A stretch of 64,000 bases of DNA. Source: Gemmatimonadota bacterium (GTDB taxonomy: Bacteria; Gemmatimonadota; Gemmatimonadetes; Palauibacterales; Palauibacteraceae). The position numbers and the translations under genes are program-made. This document shows, piece by piece, positions 47,332-55,383 of this stretch. Under the pieces are notes generated by a model. It did not search any database, was not told the DNA's origin, and worked only from the letters and a program-made list of their open reading frames with translations. The stretch is from NCBI GenBank assembly GCA_963666735.1, contig OY762926.1, forward strand, positions 2,592,001-2,656,000, read 5' to 3'. Every line of letters begins with the position of its first letter. Within the stretch, counting starts at the first letter, position 1.

Positions 47332-48135
47332 TCAGCGGTGGGGACGCAGCAGATCCAGTAGGTCGGCCCGTGCGGGGACTTCTTCTCCGCTTTCCAGGAA
47401 CGGGCGGATATCGGCCTCGACCGCCTTCCACTCCACGCCCGCGATTCTCGCCGCGACCGCCTCGCGCCATGTGTCCCCGGTCAGTGCCGACGCCGCGGGT
47501 TCCGTCTGGCGGCGCGCCGCGTTCAGGAGATCCAGATTCGGGGGCGGCCACGCGGGATCGCTCAGATACCAGGCGAGGTCGTAGATGTCCCGCCCCTTCA
47601 GCCAGGGCCGGTGGAGCACCGCGTGCAGTTTGCCGGCCAGCAGCGACGCGCGGTCATGGTGATGGATCCGCAGGGACACGTGCCGCCGCACGAGGCGCGT
47701 CTCGGTCACCGCGCCCGCGGGCGGGCGGGTGTCCACCTCGAGCTTGATCCTGAGTGTCTCGTCGCGGTGGCTCGACAGACCGAACTCATGGGAGAGTCCC
47801 CGGAAACGGAACCATCCGGCGTGGACGGCCGCCGCGTCGCGGAGCGAAGCCATCGAGTCGTAGCCCTCCCGCCGGAACTGCGCGGTGATGGACGTCAGCC
47901 AGCGCCGCGGATCATAGCTCTCGCGGGGCCCTTCGAGGGCGAAGTCGAGGTCCTCGGAGTATCTCGGCAACCTGAACAGGAAGCGCAAAGCCGTACCGCC
48001 CTGGAAGGCCAGCGGCGACATGGCTCCGACCCTCTGCAGACCCTCCAGGATTCGGGCCTGCAGGTATTCTCGCATCACGTTGCGGCCGGCCTGTGGATCG
48101 AGACCCCGGACCAACTCTCGGAGATGGTCCTTCAC
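47332..48135 (-). CDS. abiEii: AbiEii/AbiGii nucleotidyltransferase toxin (type IV TA)
   Basis: FQGGTALRF...RYSEDLDF, IKLEVD, GKLHA, KGRDIYD. Confidence 0.93.
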   Translation of the reverse strand: MKDHLRELVRGLDPQAGRNVMREYLQARILEGLQRVGAMSPLAFQGGTALRFLFRLPRYSEDLDFALEGPRESYDPRRWLTSITAQFRREGYDSMASLRDAAAVHAGWFRFRGLSHEFGLSSHRDETLRIKLEVDTRPPAGAVTETRLVRRHVSLRIHHHDRASLLAGKLHAVLHRPWLKGRDIYDLAWYLSDPAWPPPNLDLLNAARRQTEPAASALTGDTWREAVAARIAGVEWKAVEADIRPFLESGEEVPARADLLDLLRPHR

Positions 48136-48779
48136 GTGACCGGCAGGGGTTCGTACGGCGGCGCCGGGTCACTCGCGCGCCGGATGAGGTGGGCCGCGGC
48201 GCGGGCCAGCTTCGGACTCCCCGTGGCGGCCGCCATCGCCCGCAGCCGCGCGGGCGAGAGATCGTCGACATCCAGACGCAACTCGTCGATCCAGGCCGGG
48301 GCATCGCCCCCGGGCTGCAGGTGCGCCAGGTCGAGGAAGGCCTTCTCGGGGCGGGCGACGAACGCGCTCTGTCCGACGACCAGGTCCACGAGTCGATAGC
48401 CGGTACGCAGCGCCGGCTTGACGTAGCGGAAGGAGAACCGCCCCAGCGGCGTCTCCCTCACGTGAGGGCGCGCGGGGCCGCAACTGGTGACCTCCGGCAC
48501 GTATTCCGGGATCGCGTTCGCGAAGGCGAGCGCCGACAGCCCGCTCACGTAGGAGCCGGGCGAGAGGCGGTTGGCAACGAGGAAGGGATGCGGATGCGCC
48601 TTCCGGTACGGTGGCGCCAACGCGAACAACCCGCGCCGGAGCCGCAGCAGTTTGCCGGCGGCGCACCAACGGCTGAGCTGCGCCTGGAGACCTGGCTCCG
48701 GAGCCCGCCCGCCGCGAAGGAAGCCGGTCTCGAACACTGGCTCATCCGCGACGATTTCAAGCAATTCTGCAAATTTCAT
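48132..48779 (-). CDS. abiEi: AbiEi-type antitoxin / transcriptional regulator
   Basis: LSRW...G.LLRLRRGLF, SYVSGLSAL...IPE, A.PEKAFLD; GTGA overlap with abiEii. Confidence 0.88.
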   Translation of the reverse strand: MKFAELLEIVADEPVFETGFLRGGRAPEPGLQAQLSRWCAAGKLLRLRRGLFALAPPYRKAHPHPFLVANRLSPGSYVSGLSALAFANAIPEYVPEVTSCGPARPHVRETPLGRFSFRYVKPALRTGYRLVDLVVGQSAFVARPEKAFLDLAHLQPGGDAPAWIDELRLDVDDLSPARLRAMAAATGSPKLARAAAHLIRRASDPAPPYEPLPVT

Positions 48780-48785
48780 GCAGAA
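48765..48785. promoter_or_regulatory. Inverted repeat TTCTGCA-N7-TGCAGAA across the abiEi start; candidate autorepression operator
   Basis: Exact 7-bp arms in an AT-rich promoter region; AbiEi proteins are known to bind inverted repeats in their own promoter. Confidence 0.5.
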
Positions 48786-48884
48786 AACGTGCTGTAATTG
48801 GCAAATAATCGCAACGAATTGTCGTGCCCCCCCCACAACGCGTTTGGGAGCGGGAAGAGGCGAGTCCCTACCGGGGGAGCACGA

Positions 48885-49454
48885 TCAGGGATCGTGGAGT
48901 TCGACCAGCATCTCGATCTCGACCGACTGGTCCCGCGGGAGCGACGCCATGCCCACGGCGGCGCGGGCGTGCTTCGAGATCGCGGGGCCGAACACCTGTT
49001 CCATGAGGTCCGAGCACCCGTTGATGACCTGCGAGTGCTGTGTGAAGTCGGGCTGCGTGTTCACCATCCCGAATACGCGCACGATCCGCTTCACGCGGGA
49101 GAGGTCGCCGATTTCCCGGGCGAGCGACGCGAGGAGGCAGACGCCGACCCAGCGGGCGATCTCGTAACCTTCGTCGACGGTGTGGTCGAGACCGACCTTC
49201 CCCGTGTTCGTCTCGTCGAGCCCGCCGCACGGGCCGTGACCGGCGAGGAAGACGAGATTCCCCGTCGTCACCGCCTTCACGAAGTTGGCCGTCGGCGCGT
49301 CCGGGGTCGGGAGTTCGATCCCGAGTTCGGCGAGGCGTTCTTCCGGAGTCTGGGCGGCGACTCCGCTGGCCGGGGGCAGCAGGACGAGGAGTCCCGCGAG
49401 CGCCCCGACGACGGTGCGCGGCGTGTGCGCGGATCGCGGGGAGGGCGAAGTCAC
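48885..49454 (-). CDS. RidA/YjgF family protein with N-terminal signal peptide
   Basis: PEERLAELGIELP, VFLAGHGP, VINGCSDL, HARAAVG..SLP...VEIE; GTG start overlaps the upstream TGA. Confidence 0.88.
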   Translation of the reverse strand: MTSPSPRSAHTPRTVVGALAGLLVLLPPASGVAAQTPEERLAELGIELPTPDAPTANFVKAVTTGNLVFLAGHGPCGGLDETNTGKVGLDHTVDEGYEIARWVGVCLLASLAREIGDLSRVKRIVRVFGMVNTQPDFTQHSQVINGCSDLMEQVFGPAISKHARAAVGMASLPRDQSVEIEMLVELHDP

Positions 49455-49975
49455 GCGGCCCCCTCCGGATCGCGCCGCCGGGAGACGATCGCGTCGGGGG
49501 TCTCGCCCGTGCGGATCGCTTCGGCCGCGATGTCCACGGCCTCGAAGATCTTCGTATAGCCGGTGCAGCGGCAGAGATTGCCGGAGAGCGCCCGCGCGAC
49601 GTCCTCCCGAGCGGGGTCCGGATCGCGGGTCAGCAGTCCATGGGCCGAGCAGAGAATACCCGGTGTGCAGAAGCCGCATTGCGCCCCTCCCGTGAGATCG
49701 AAGGCGTCCTGGAGCGGGTGCGGGCCGGACGCGTCCGCGAGACCTTCGACGGTCGTGATCTCGTGACCCGTGGCCTCGTGCACCGGCATGATGCAGGAGA
49801 GGACGGCCTCGCCATCGCGGAGCACCGTGCACGCCCCGCAGTCCCCCTTGTCGCACCCCTGCTTCGATCCCGTGAGGCCGAGCCCGTAGCGGAGGGTCTC
49901 GAGGAGGGTGTAGTGGGACGGCACTCCGACCCGGCGCCGGTCTCCGTTCACCCGCAGTTCCACCACTTCATGCAT
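49451..49975 (-). CDS. (2Fe-2S) small subunit of Mo-hydroxylase (HcrC/CoxS-like)
   Basis: LTGSKQGCDKGDCGACTV, QCGFCTPG, LSGNLCRCTGY. Confidence 0.95.
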   Translation of the reverse strand: MHEVVELRVNGDRRRVGVPSHYTLLETLRYGLGLTGSKQGCDKGDCGACTVLRDGEAVLSCIMPVHEATGHEITTVEGLADASGPHPLQDAFDLTGGAQCGFCTPGILCSAHGLLTRDPDPAREDVARALSGNLCRCTGYTKIFEAVDIAAEAIRTGETPDAIVSRRRDPEGAA

Positions 49976-50133
49976 GATGACCAAGTTGCCCGGGGGGCTC
50001 ACGCGCGGCAACCGAATCCGCTCGCGGACGCGGCCGGGTGCGCGCCCCGGTGCGCATCTTGTGACGAAAGCCCCATCTTCAGTCGTCTGGAGAGCGTCCG
50101 CCCGTGGATGACGGCCATACGAGGGATCACACC

Positions 50134-51762
50134 ATGCATCGCCCGGTTCGACCAACTCTGCTCTCGCTGCTGCGCTCACTCCTGCTCTCCGCCGCGGGAC
50201 TATGCGCGCTCACCCCCGGCACCGCGTGGGCCCAGGAAATCCCGCTCGACCGCTGGCTGGTCACGAGCGCGGAGCATGCGGCGGGCGAACCCCCGCTCCC
50301 CGTGGCGGGGCCGGACCGATTTCCGGACCGGAACGCCGAAACCGCTGCGGGTACGTGGTCGCTCTTTCGCCGCGACGGACAGGCGGCGCTGGATTTCTCG
50401 GAGTTCTCGGAGACCGGGCAGGCGACGCTCGCCCACGCGTACCTGAAGTCGGCCGCCGACGCGAGCGTGCGGCTCGAACTGGGCGCCGAGCCGTGCACCC
50501 GGCTCGAGGCGTGGGTGAACGCGCAGCACATCGCGGACGCCGGGAGCGCGCGCGAAGTGCGGCTGGCGGCGGGCTGGAACACGCTGCTCGTCGTGCTCGA
50601 CGGCGAACCCGGTTGTGAGCGCTCGCTCTCCGCGCGGCTCTCCCCGGACACGGGCCCGAACGTGCGGGCGGAACGCGACGACCGCCCCGGCGACCGGTTG
50701 ACCGTGCAGGCCTCCCGCCCTCCCGGCGTACGGCCGACCTGGCCCGACGGGGTCGTGACGGTCTCGGTCCCCCGCATCACGGGGCTCGCCTGGCACCCGG
50801 ACGGGGACGATCTCCAGGCCGCCATCCGCTATGACCTCGCAAGCTGGGGTCGCGAATTCGGGGCCGGCACGGCCGGCGGCGATGCCCCGGGGATCCAGCG
50901 CCCCGGAGGCCGATTCCGGAACCCGCTCGATCTTCCCCGCCGGAGCGGCGGCGCCCCGGGCGATGCGGGCGATGCGGGCGCAGACGATGATGAGACCGGG
51001 CCGACCGACCCGGAGGGGCTGCGTGCGCGGATGGTCGCTCAGTTGCTGGGCCGGCCGGAAGCCCGTGTCCCCGCGCCGAGCGCGGGGTCCGCCGAGTTGC
51101 GCCTCGCGGGCGAGTCGTTCGTCGCCGCGTCCAACGAACTCCAGCCGGGCGTGCCCGTCTCCTTCGAGGGTGTGCTCGAGTTCCGGAAGCTCCGTGAGGC
51201 CGCGCTGCGGAACGACGGCATGAAGGGCGAGTTCCGCTGGGACGGGGGAGACGGAGAAGGCGAGGGGCGCATGCCGGCGGCGCCTGTTCTGAGAGCGCTG
51301 CACGGCCCGCTGGACCTGGCGCTCACCGTCGGGGCGGACGGCGTGTGGCGCGGCAGATTGCGGGTGCCGGACGCCCTGGCCGGCTTCACGCTCCGAGGTG
51401 CGGAGGGGTCGTGGACGGTCGACGGATCCGCGGCGGAGGACGGCCTCCTGTGCAGCCCGTGCGAGCGCGGCCGACGGCTGGAAATCGAGTTCCGCGGGGC
51501 CGGCGCCACGGTTGCCGGCACTGATGTGGAGGGACCGCGCGCGCGCATCGCGGGCCCCGGCCTCCCGGACCTGCCCGAAACCGGCGCGGCGGGGGCGATC
51601 GAACTGTTGAGGGCGCTGGAGGGGGATAACGGCCGCTACCGTGCCCTTATTGGGGATCCCGGGGATCCTGGGGGCCCTGCGGGTTCCGGGAGTCCGCCGG
51701 GTCCTCCGCTTCAGGCGGTTTCGGCGGTTCAGGCGGCTCCGGCGGCGCGGGCTCGGTCGTAG
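50134..51762 (+). CDS. Hypothetical exported protein
   Basis: Signal peptide ending AWA-Q; beta-sandwich-like L..GWNTLLV motif; host-like codon usage. Confidence 0.7.
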   Translation: MHRPVRPTLLSLLRSLLLSAAGLCALTPGTAWAQEIPLDRWLVTSAEHAAGEPPLPVAGPDRFPDRNAETAAGTWSLFRRDGQAALDFSEFSETGQATLAHAYLKSAADASVRLELGAEPCTRLEAWVNAQHIADAGSAREVRLAAGWNTLLVVLDGEPGCERSLSARLSPDTGPNVRAERDDRPGDRLTVQASRPPGVRPTWPDGVVTVSVPRITGLAWHPDGDDLQAAIRYDLASWGREFGAGTAGGDAPGIQRPGGRFRNPLDLPRRSGGAPGDAGDAGADDDETGPTDPEGLRARMVAQLLGRPEARVPAPSAGSAELRLAGESFVAASNELQPGVPVSFEGVLEFRKLREAALRNDGMKGEFRWDGGDGEGEGRMPAAPVLRALHGPLDLALTVGADGVWRGRLRVPDALAGFTLRGAEGSWTVDGSAAEDGLLCSPCERGRRLEIEFRGAGATVAGTDVEGPRARIAGPGLPDLPETGAAGAIELLRALEGDNGRYRALIGDPGDPGGPAGSGSPPGPPLQAVSAVQAAPAARARS

Positions 51763-52243
51763 GCGGGGCGATGACCGGCTCCGCGGACGCCTGCGGGCCG
51801 AACGTCGGACGCGAGGAGTCCGTGGACCAGGGATCGATGAACTCCTGAGCCGGATCCACCTCATCGCGCGGCGTCGGCGGCTCCTGTTCCTCGACGACCG
51901 GCCCCGCGGCCGCTTCGGAGTCGGATGCGCCCTGTTCGCCCTCCGCCTCGTCCGCGGAAGCGGCGGACGTCTCGGCCGCCGCGGCAGTGCCGACGGCGGC
52001 AGTGCCGGCGATCGTCGCGTTGCTCGCGGTCGACGGTTTCGGAGGCGCGGGCGGCGACTTCCACTGCGTCTCCCGGCCGGCGGCCTCGAGTTCGCGCTGG
52101 ATCTCGTTCATCCCCTTCCGGAACTCGCGGATCCCCTTGCCGATGGTGCGGGTGATCTCCGGGAGGCGGCGGGGCCCGAACACGATGAGCACGAGCATCG
52201 CAATGAGGAGGATCTCGCTGATTCCGAACCCGGTCATATTCAT
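51647..52243 (-). CDS. Twin-arginine translocase TatA/TatB family subunit with long acidic Pro-rich tail
   Basis: GISEILLI..LVLIVFGPRRLPE..RTIGKGIREFRK. Confidence 0.9.
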   Translation of the reverse strand: MNMTGFGISEILLIAMLVLIVFGPRRLPEITRTIGKGIREFRKGMNEIQRELEAAGRETQWKSPPAPPKPSTASNATIAGTAAVGTAAAAETSAASADEAEGEQGASDSEAAAGPVVEEQEPPTPRDEVDPAQEFIDPWSTDSSRPTFGPQASAEPVIAPPTTEPAPPEPPEPPKPPEAEDPADSRNPQGPQDPRDPQ

Positions 52244-52276
52244 GACAGTGCGATCAGCCGGGCGGGCGGGCCGAAC

Positions 52277-52825
52277 TCAGGGCGTCAGCGCCCGCAGCAC
52301 GTCCTCGCCGTAGAACATGCCGATGTACCTGGCCTGCACCGGCGTGACCCTGCGGACGGCCCAGACCAGCTCGACGTGGTTGGGTTCGCGAGGCTCCGCC
52401 GGGAGCGAGAACCCGCATTCGCCCAACAGACGGTCCGCCTTCTTCAGGTTGCACCTGCTGCAGGCCGTGACCACGTTCGACCACCCGTTGTCTCCGCCAC
52501 GCGAGATCGGAGTCACGTGGTCGCGCGTCAGCGACTCGCGATACCCCAGGTCGCGCCGGTGACGGCCGCAGTACTGACAGCGATAGGCGTCGCGGGCGAA
52601 CAGGAAGGTGTTCGTGACCTGACGGCGGAAACGGCGGGGGATCTGGATGAACCGCGCGAGGCGGATGACGACGGGCGTATCCATCCGTACGCGCTCGGAT
52701 CGGATGGGACGTTCCGAATCCACCTCGAGCGCGGCGGCCTTCCGGTCGATGACCAGGCGAACGGCGCGCCGGACCGGAATGATCGTCAACGGCTCGTATG
52801 AAGCGTTCAGGGCCAGACAGCCCAT
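52277..52825 (-). CDS. HNH endonuclease (McrA-like)
   Basis: LNASYEPL, FARD.Y.CQYCG, LTRDHV.P.SRGG...W.NVVTAC..CN..K. Confidence 0.92.
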   Translation of the reverse strand: MGCLALNASYEPLTIIPVRRAVRLVIDRKAAALEVDSERPIRSERVRMDTPVVIRLARFIQIPRRFRRQVTNTFLFARDAYRCQYCGRHRRDLGYRESLTRDHVTPISRGGDNGWSNVVTACSRCNLKKADRLLGECGFSLPAEPREPNHVELVWAVRRVTPVQARYIGMFYGEDVLRALTP

Positions 52826-52874
52826 GAGCGACCCCCCAATTGGATTCGGTGCGGAAAACAAGCAATCCGGCTGC

Positions 52875-52907
52875 AACGTGTCAAGCGAAAGAACGTGTCA
52901 AGCGAAA
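52875..52907. repeat. 2 x 16-bp direct repeat AACGTGTCAAGCGAAA (period 17) in the HNH/priA divergent gap
   Basis: Exact copies at 52875 and 52892; each contains TTGACA on the minus strand. Confidence 0.85.
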
Positions 52908-55225
52908 CCCCTGATGAGGAGGCGGTGCGGGACGTAGGCTCCGCCGGCGTGTGCGAAGTGGCGGTCGCGCGGACGTTCCTCGGCACGCTCGCGTACTCGG
53001 TCCCCGCTTCGCTCGTCGGCGTCGTGGAGCCGGGCATGCGGGTTCGCGTGCCGCTCGGCGGGGGCACGGCGGTCGGGGTCGTGGACCGTCTCGGGCTGAG
53101 GACGGACCGGGGACGGAAACCCCGGCTGCGGGAGTTGCGGGGCGTGCTCGACGAAGCACCGGTGATCGACGCGCTGCTCCTCGATCTCTGCCGCTGGATC
53201 TCGGACTACTACGTGGCGCCTCTCGGCGTGGTGCTGAGGGCGGCCCTCCCGCCGGGGGCGCTCGGGTCCCGGGCCGGCGCGGGAGGGAGCCCCGGCCGGC
53301 CGCGCACCGAGCGCCTGCTCCGGCTTGTGCGCGAACTGCGAACGCTGAGCGAACGGAACCGCGCCTTCGGGCGGGCGAAGCGGCAGCGCGAGTTGTATGA
53401 GACGCTCGAGTCGCTCGGCGGACAGGCGGGCGTCGGGCACCTGATGAAGCAACTCGGCTTCGGCCGGAGCGTGCTCAACGGGCTCGTGGAGCGGCGCCTG
53501 GCGGAGTTCGTCGAGCGCGAAGTGGAGCGGGATCCGTTCGCCGGCCCGGTCGAGGCGGAGCCCCGGTTCACGCTGACGCCGGACCAGACCCGGGTCGTGA
53601 GCGATCTCGAGCGTCTCGACGCGCCGGGGTGCGTCGCGCTCCTGCGCGGCGTGACGGGCTCGGGCAAGACCGCCGTCTACCTGGAAGTGCTGGAGCGTCA
53701 ACTCGCGCTGGGCCGCTCCGGCATCTTCCTCGTGCCGGAGATCGCGCTCACCCCCCAGACCGTGCAGCGCTTCCGCGCCCGCTTTGGCGACGAGGTCACC
53801 GTGTTGCATTCGGGGCTCTCGGACGGGGAGCGCTTCGACGCCTGGCGCAGTCTGCGCGAGGGGAGGAAGCGGATTGCGATCGGCCCGCGCTCCGCGGTGT
53901 TCGCGCCGGTCCGGAATCTGGGCGCGATCATCGTCGACGAGGAGCACGAGAGCAGCTACAAGCAGTCCGATGTGCCGCGCTACCACGCCCGGTCCGTCGC
54001 GATCATGCGCGCGCGGCTGGAGGGGGGCCTGTGCGTGCTCGGATCCGCGACGCCCGCCCTCGAGAGCTGGGAGAACGCGCGGACCGGCCGCTATCATCTG
54101 CTCGAACTCGAGGAACGGGTGACGGGCCACGGACTCCCATCGGTGGAACTCGTCGACCTGCGCGCCGACACCGGCGAGGGCCCGGGACGGGACGCGGAGG
54201 ACCCCGCTCCGGGTGGCGGACCGCGCGTCTTCTCCGAACGGCTGCGGGAGGCGGTCGCCGCGCGCCTGGAACGGGGCGAACAGACGATCCTCTTTCTCAA
54301 CCGCCGCGGATACGCCTCCTTCGCCGAGTGCGCGGCCTGCGGTCACGTGTGGAGTTGCGACGCCTGTTCGGTGACCCTCACGTATCATCGCCGCCGCCGG
54401 CAGCTCGTGTGTCATCACTGCGGCTCGACGAGTCCCCTCCCCGCCGGGTGCGCCGAGTGCGGCGGCCCCGCGCCGCGCTACTCCGGGGTCGGCACCGAAC
54501 AGGTCGAGCGCCGGGTGGGCGAACTCTTCCCCGAGGCCGGCATCGCCCGCATGGACCTCGACACCACGGGCTCCAAGTGGGCGCACGTCGAGATTCTGGA
54601 GGCGTTCCGGAGGCAGGAGGTCGACATCCTGCTCGGCACGCAGATGATCGCCAAGGGCCTCGACTTCCCGCAGGTCACGCTCGTGGGAGTGATCAACGCG
54701 GACGTCGGCCTCCACCTGCCGGACTTCCGCGCCAGCGAACGCACCTTCCAACTGCTGGAGCAGGTCGCCGGACGGGCCGGGCGGGGCGACGAACCGGGGG
54801 AGGTGCTGGTCCAGACCTCTCGTCCGCGGCACTACGCGCTCGCCGCGGCGGCCGAGCACGACTACGTCGGTTTCGCGGACCGCGAACTCGGAGACCGCGA
54901 GGAACCCGGCTATCCGCCGCACCGCCGGCTCGCGAACCTGGTCATCTCCGGAAAGACCGAGTCCCGGGTGATCGACATCGCCGAGGAACTGTCCGAGTGG
55001 ACGCGCCGACTGATTCGAGGTCGCCGGCTCACCGGGATCGAGGTCATCGGCCCGGCCCCCTGCCCCATCGATCGACTCCGGGAGCGGTGGAGGTGGCACT
55101 TCCTGATCAAGGCGGACCGCGCCGCGACGCTCGGAGGCGTTCTCCGCTTCCTCGGAGAGCAGCGGGGCCAGCCCGGTTCGGGCCTCCGGCTCGAGATCGA
55201 CCGCGATCCCGAGGCACTCCTGTGA
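52895..55225 (+). CDS. priA: Primosomal protein N' (replication restart helicase)
   Basis: GVTGSGKT, LVPEIALTPQ, DEEHE.SYKQ, LNRRGY, four CxxC, GTQMIAKGLDF, QVAGRAGR. Confidence 0.98.
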   Translation: MSSETPDEEAVRDVGSAGVCEVAVARTFLGTLAYSVPASLVGVVEPGMRVRVPLGGGTAVGVVDRLGLRTDRGRKPRLRELRGVLDEAPVIDALLLDLCRWISDYYVAPLGVVLRAALPPGALGSRAGAGGSPGRPRTERLLRLVRELRTLSERNRAFGRAKRQRELYETLESLGGQAGVGHLMKQLGFGRSVLNGLVERRLAEFVEREVERDPFAGPVEAEPRFTLTPDQTRVVSDLERLDAPGCVALLRGVTGSGKTAVYLEVLERQLALGRSGIFLVPEIALTPQTVQRFRARFGDEVTVLHSGLSDGERFDAWRSLREGRKRIAIGPRSAVFAPVRNLGAIIVDEEHESSYKQSDVPRYHARSVAIMRARLEGGLCVLGSATPALESWENARTGRYHLLELEERVTGHGLPSVELVDLRADTGEGPGRDAEDPAPGGGPRVFSERLREAVAARLERGEQTILFLNRRGYASFAECAACGHVWSCDACSVTLTYHRRRRQLVCHHCGSTSPLPAGCAECGGPAPRYSGVGTEQVERRVGELFPEAGIARMDLDTTGSKWAHVEILEAFRRQEVDILLGTQMIAKGLDFPQVTLVGVINADVGLHLPDFRASERTFQLLEQVAGRAGRGDEPGEVLVQTSRPRHYALAAAAEHDYVGFADRELGDREEPGYPPHRRLANLVISGKTESRVIDIAEELSEWTRRLIRGRRLTGIEVIGPAPCPIDRLRERWRWHFLIKADRAATLGGVLRFLGEQRGQPGSGLRLEIDRDPEALL

Positions 55226-55298
55226 GCGGACCGTCAAACTCCCGTCGCACTCCCCGCTTCGCTTGTTGGGAGGGTCACGCTCCGACAGGTTGTGCTAC

Positions 55299-55326
55299 TG
55301 GTTCACGCTGGTTCACGGTGGTTCAC
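55299..55326 (+). promoter_or_regulatory. 3 x TGGTTCAC direct repeat with 10-bp period upstream of the Cys-rich protein gene
   Basis: Copies at 55299, 55309 and 55319; helical phasing suggests a regulator-binding site. Confidence 0.5.
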
Positions 55327-55383
55327 AATCCGCCGTAAGTTCGCCGTCATCCGCCGCAAATCGGTGCATGTGAGGAAGAGGGA

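Noticed and set aside
52277..52825. HNH gene as mobile or defence element
   Set aside because: Host-like codon usage, housekeeping context and membership of a widespread stand-alone HNH family.
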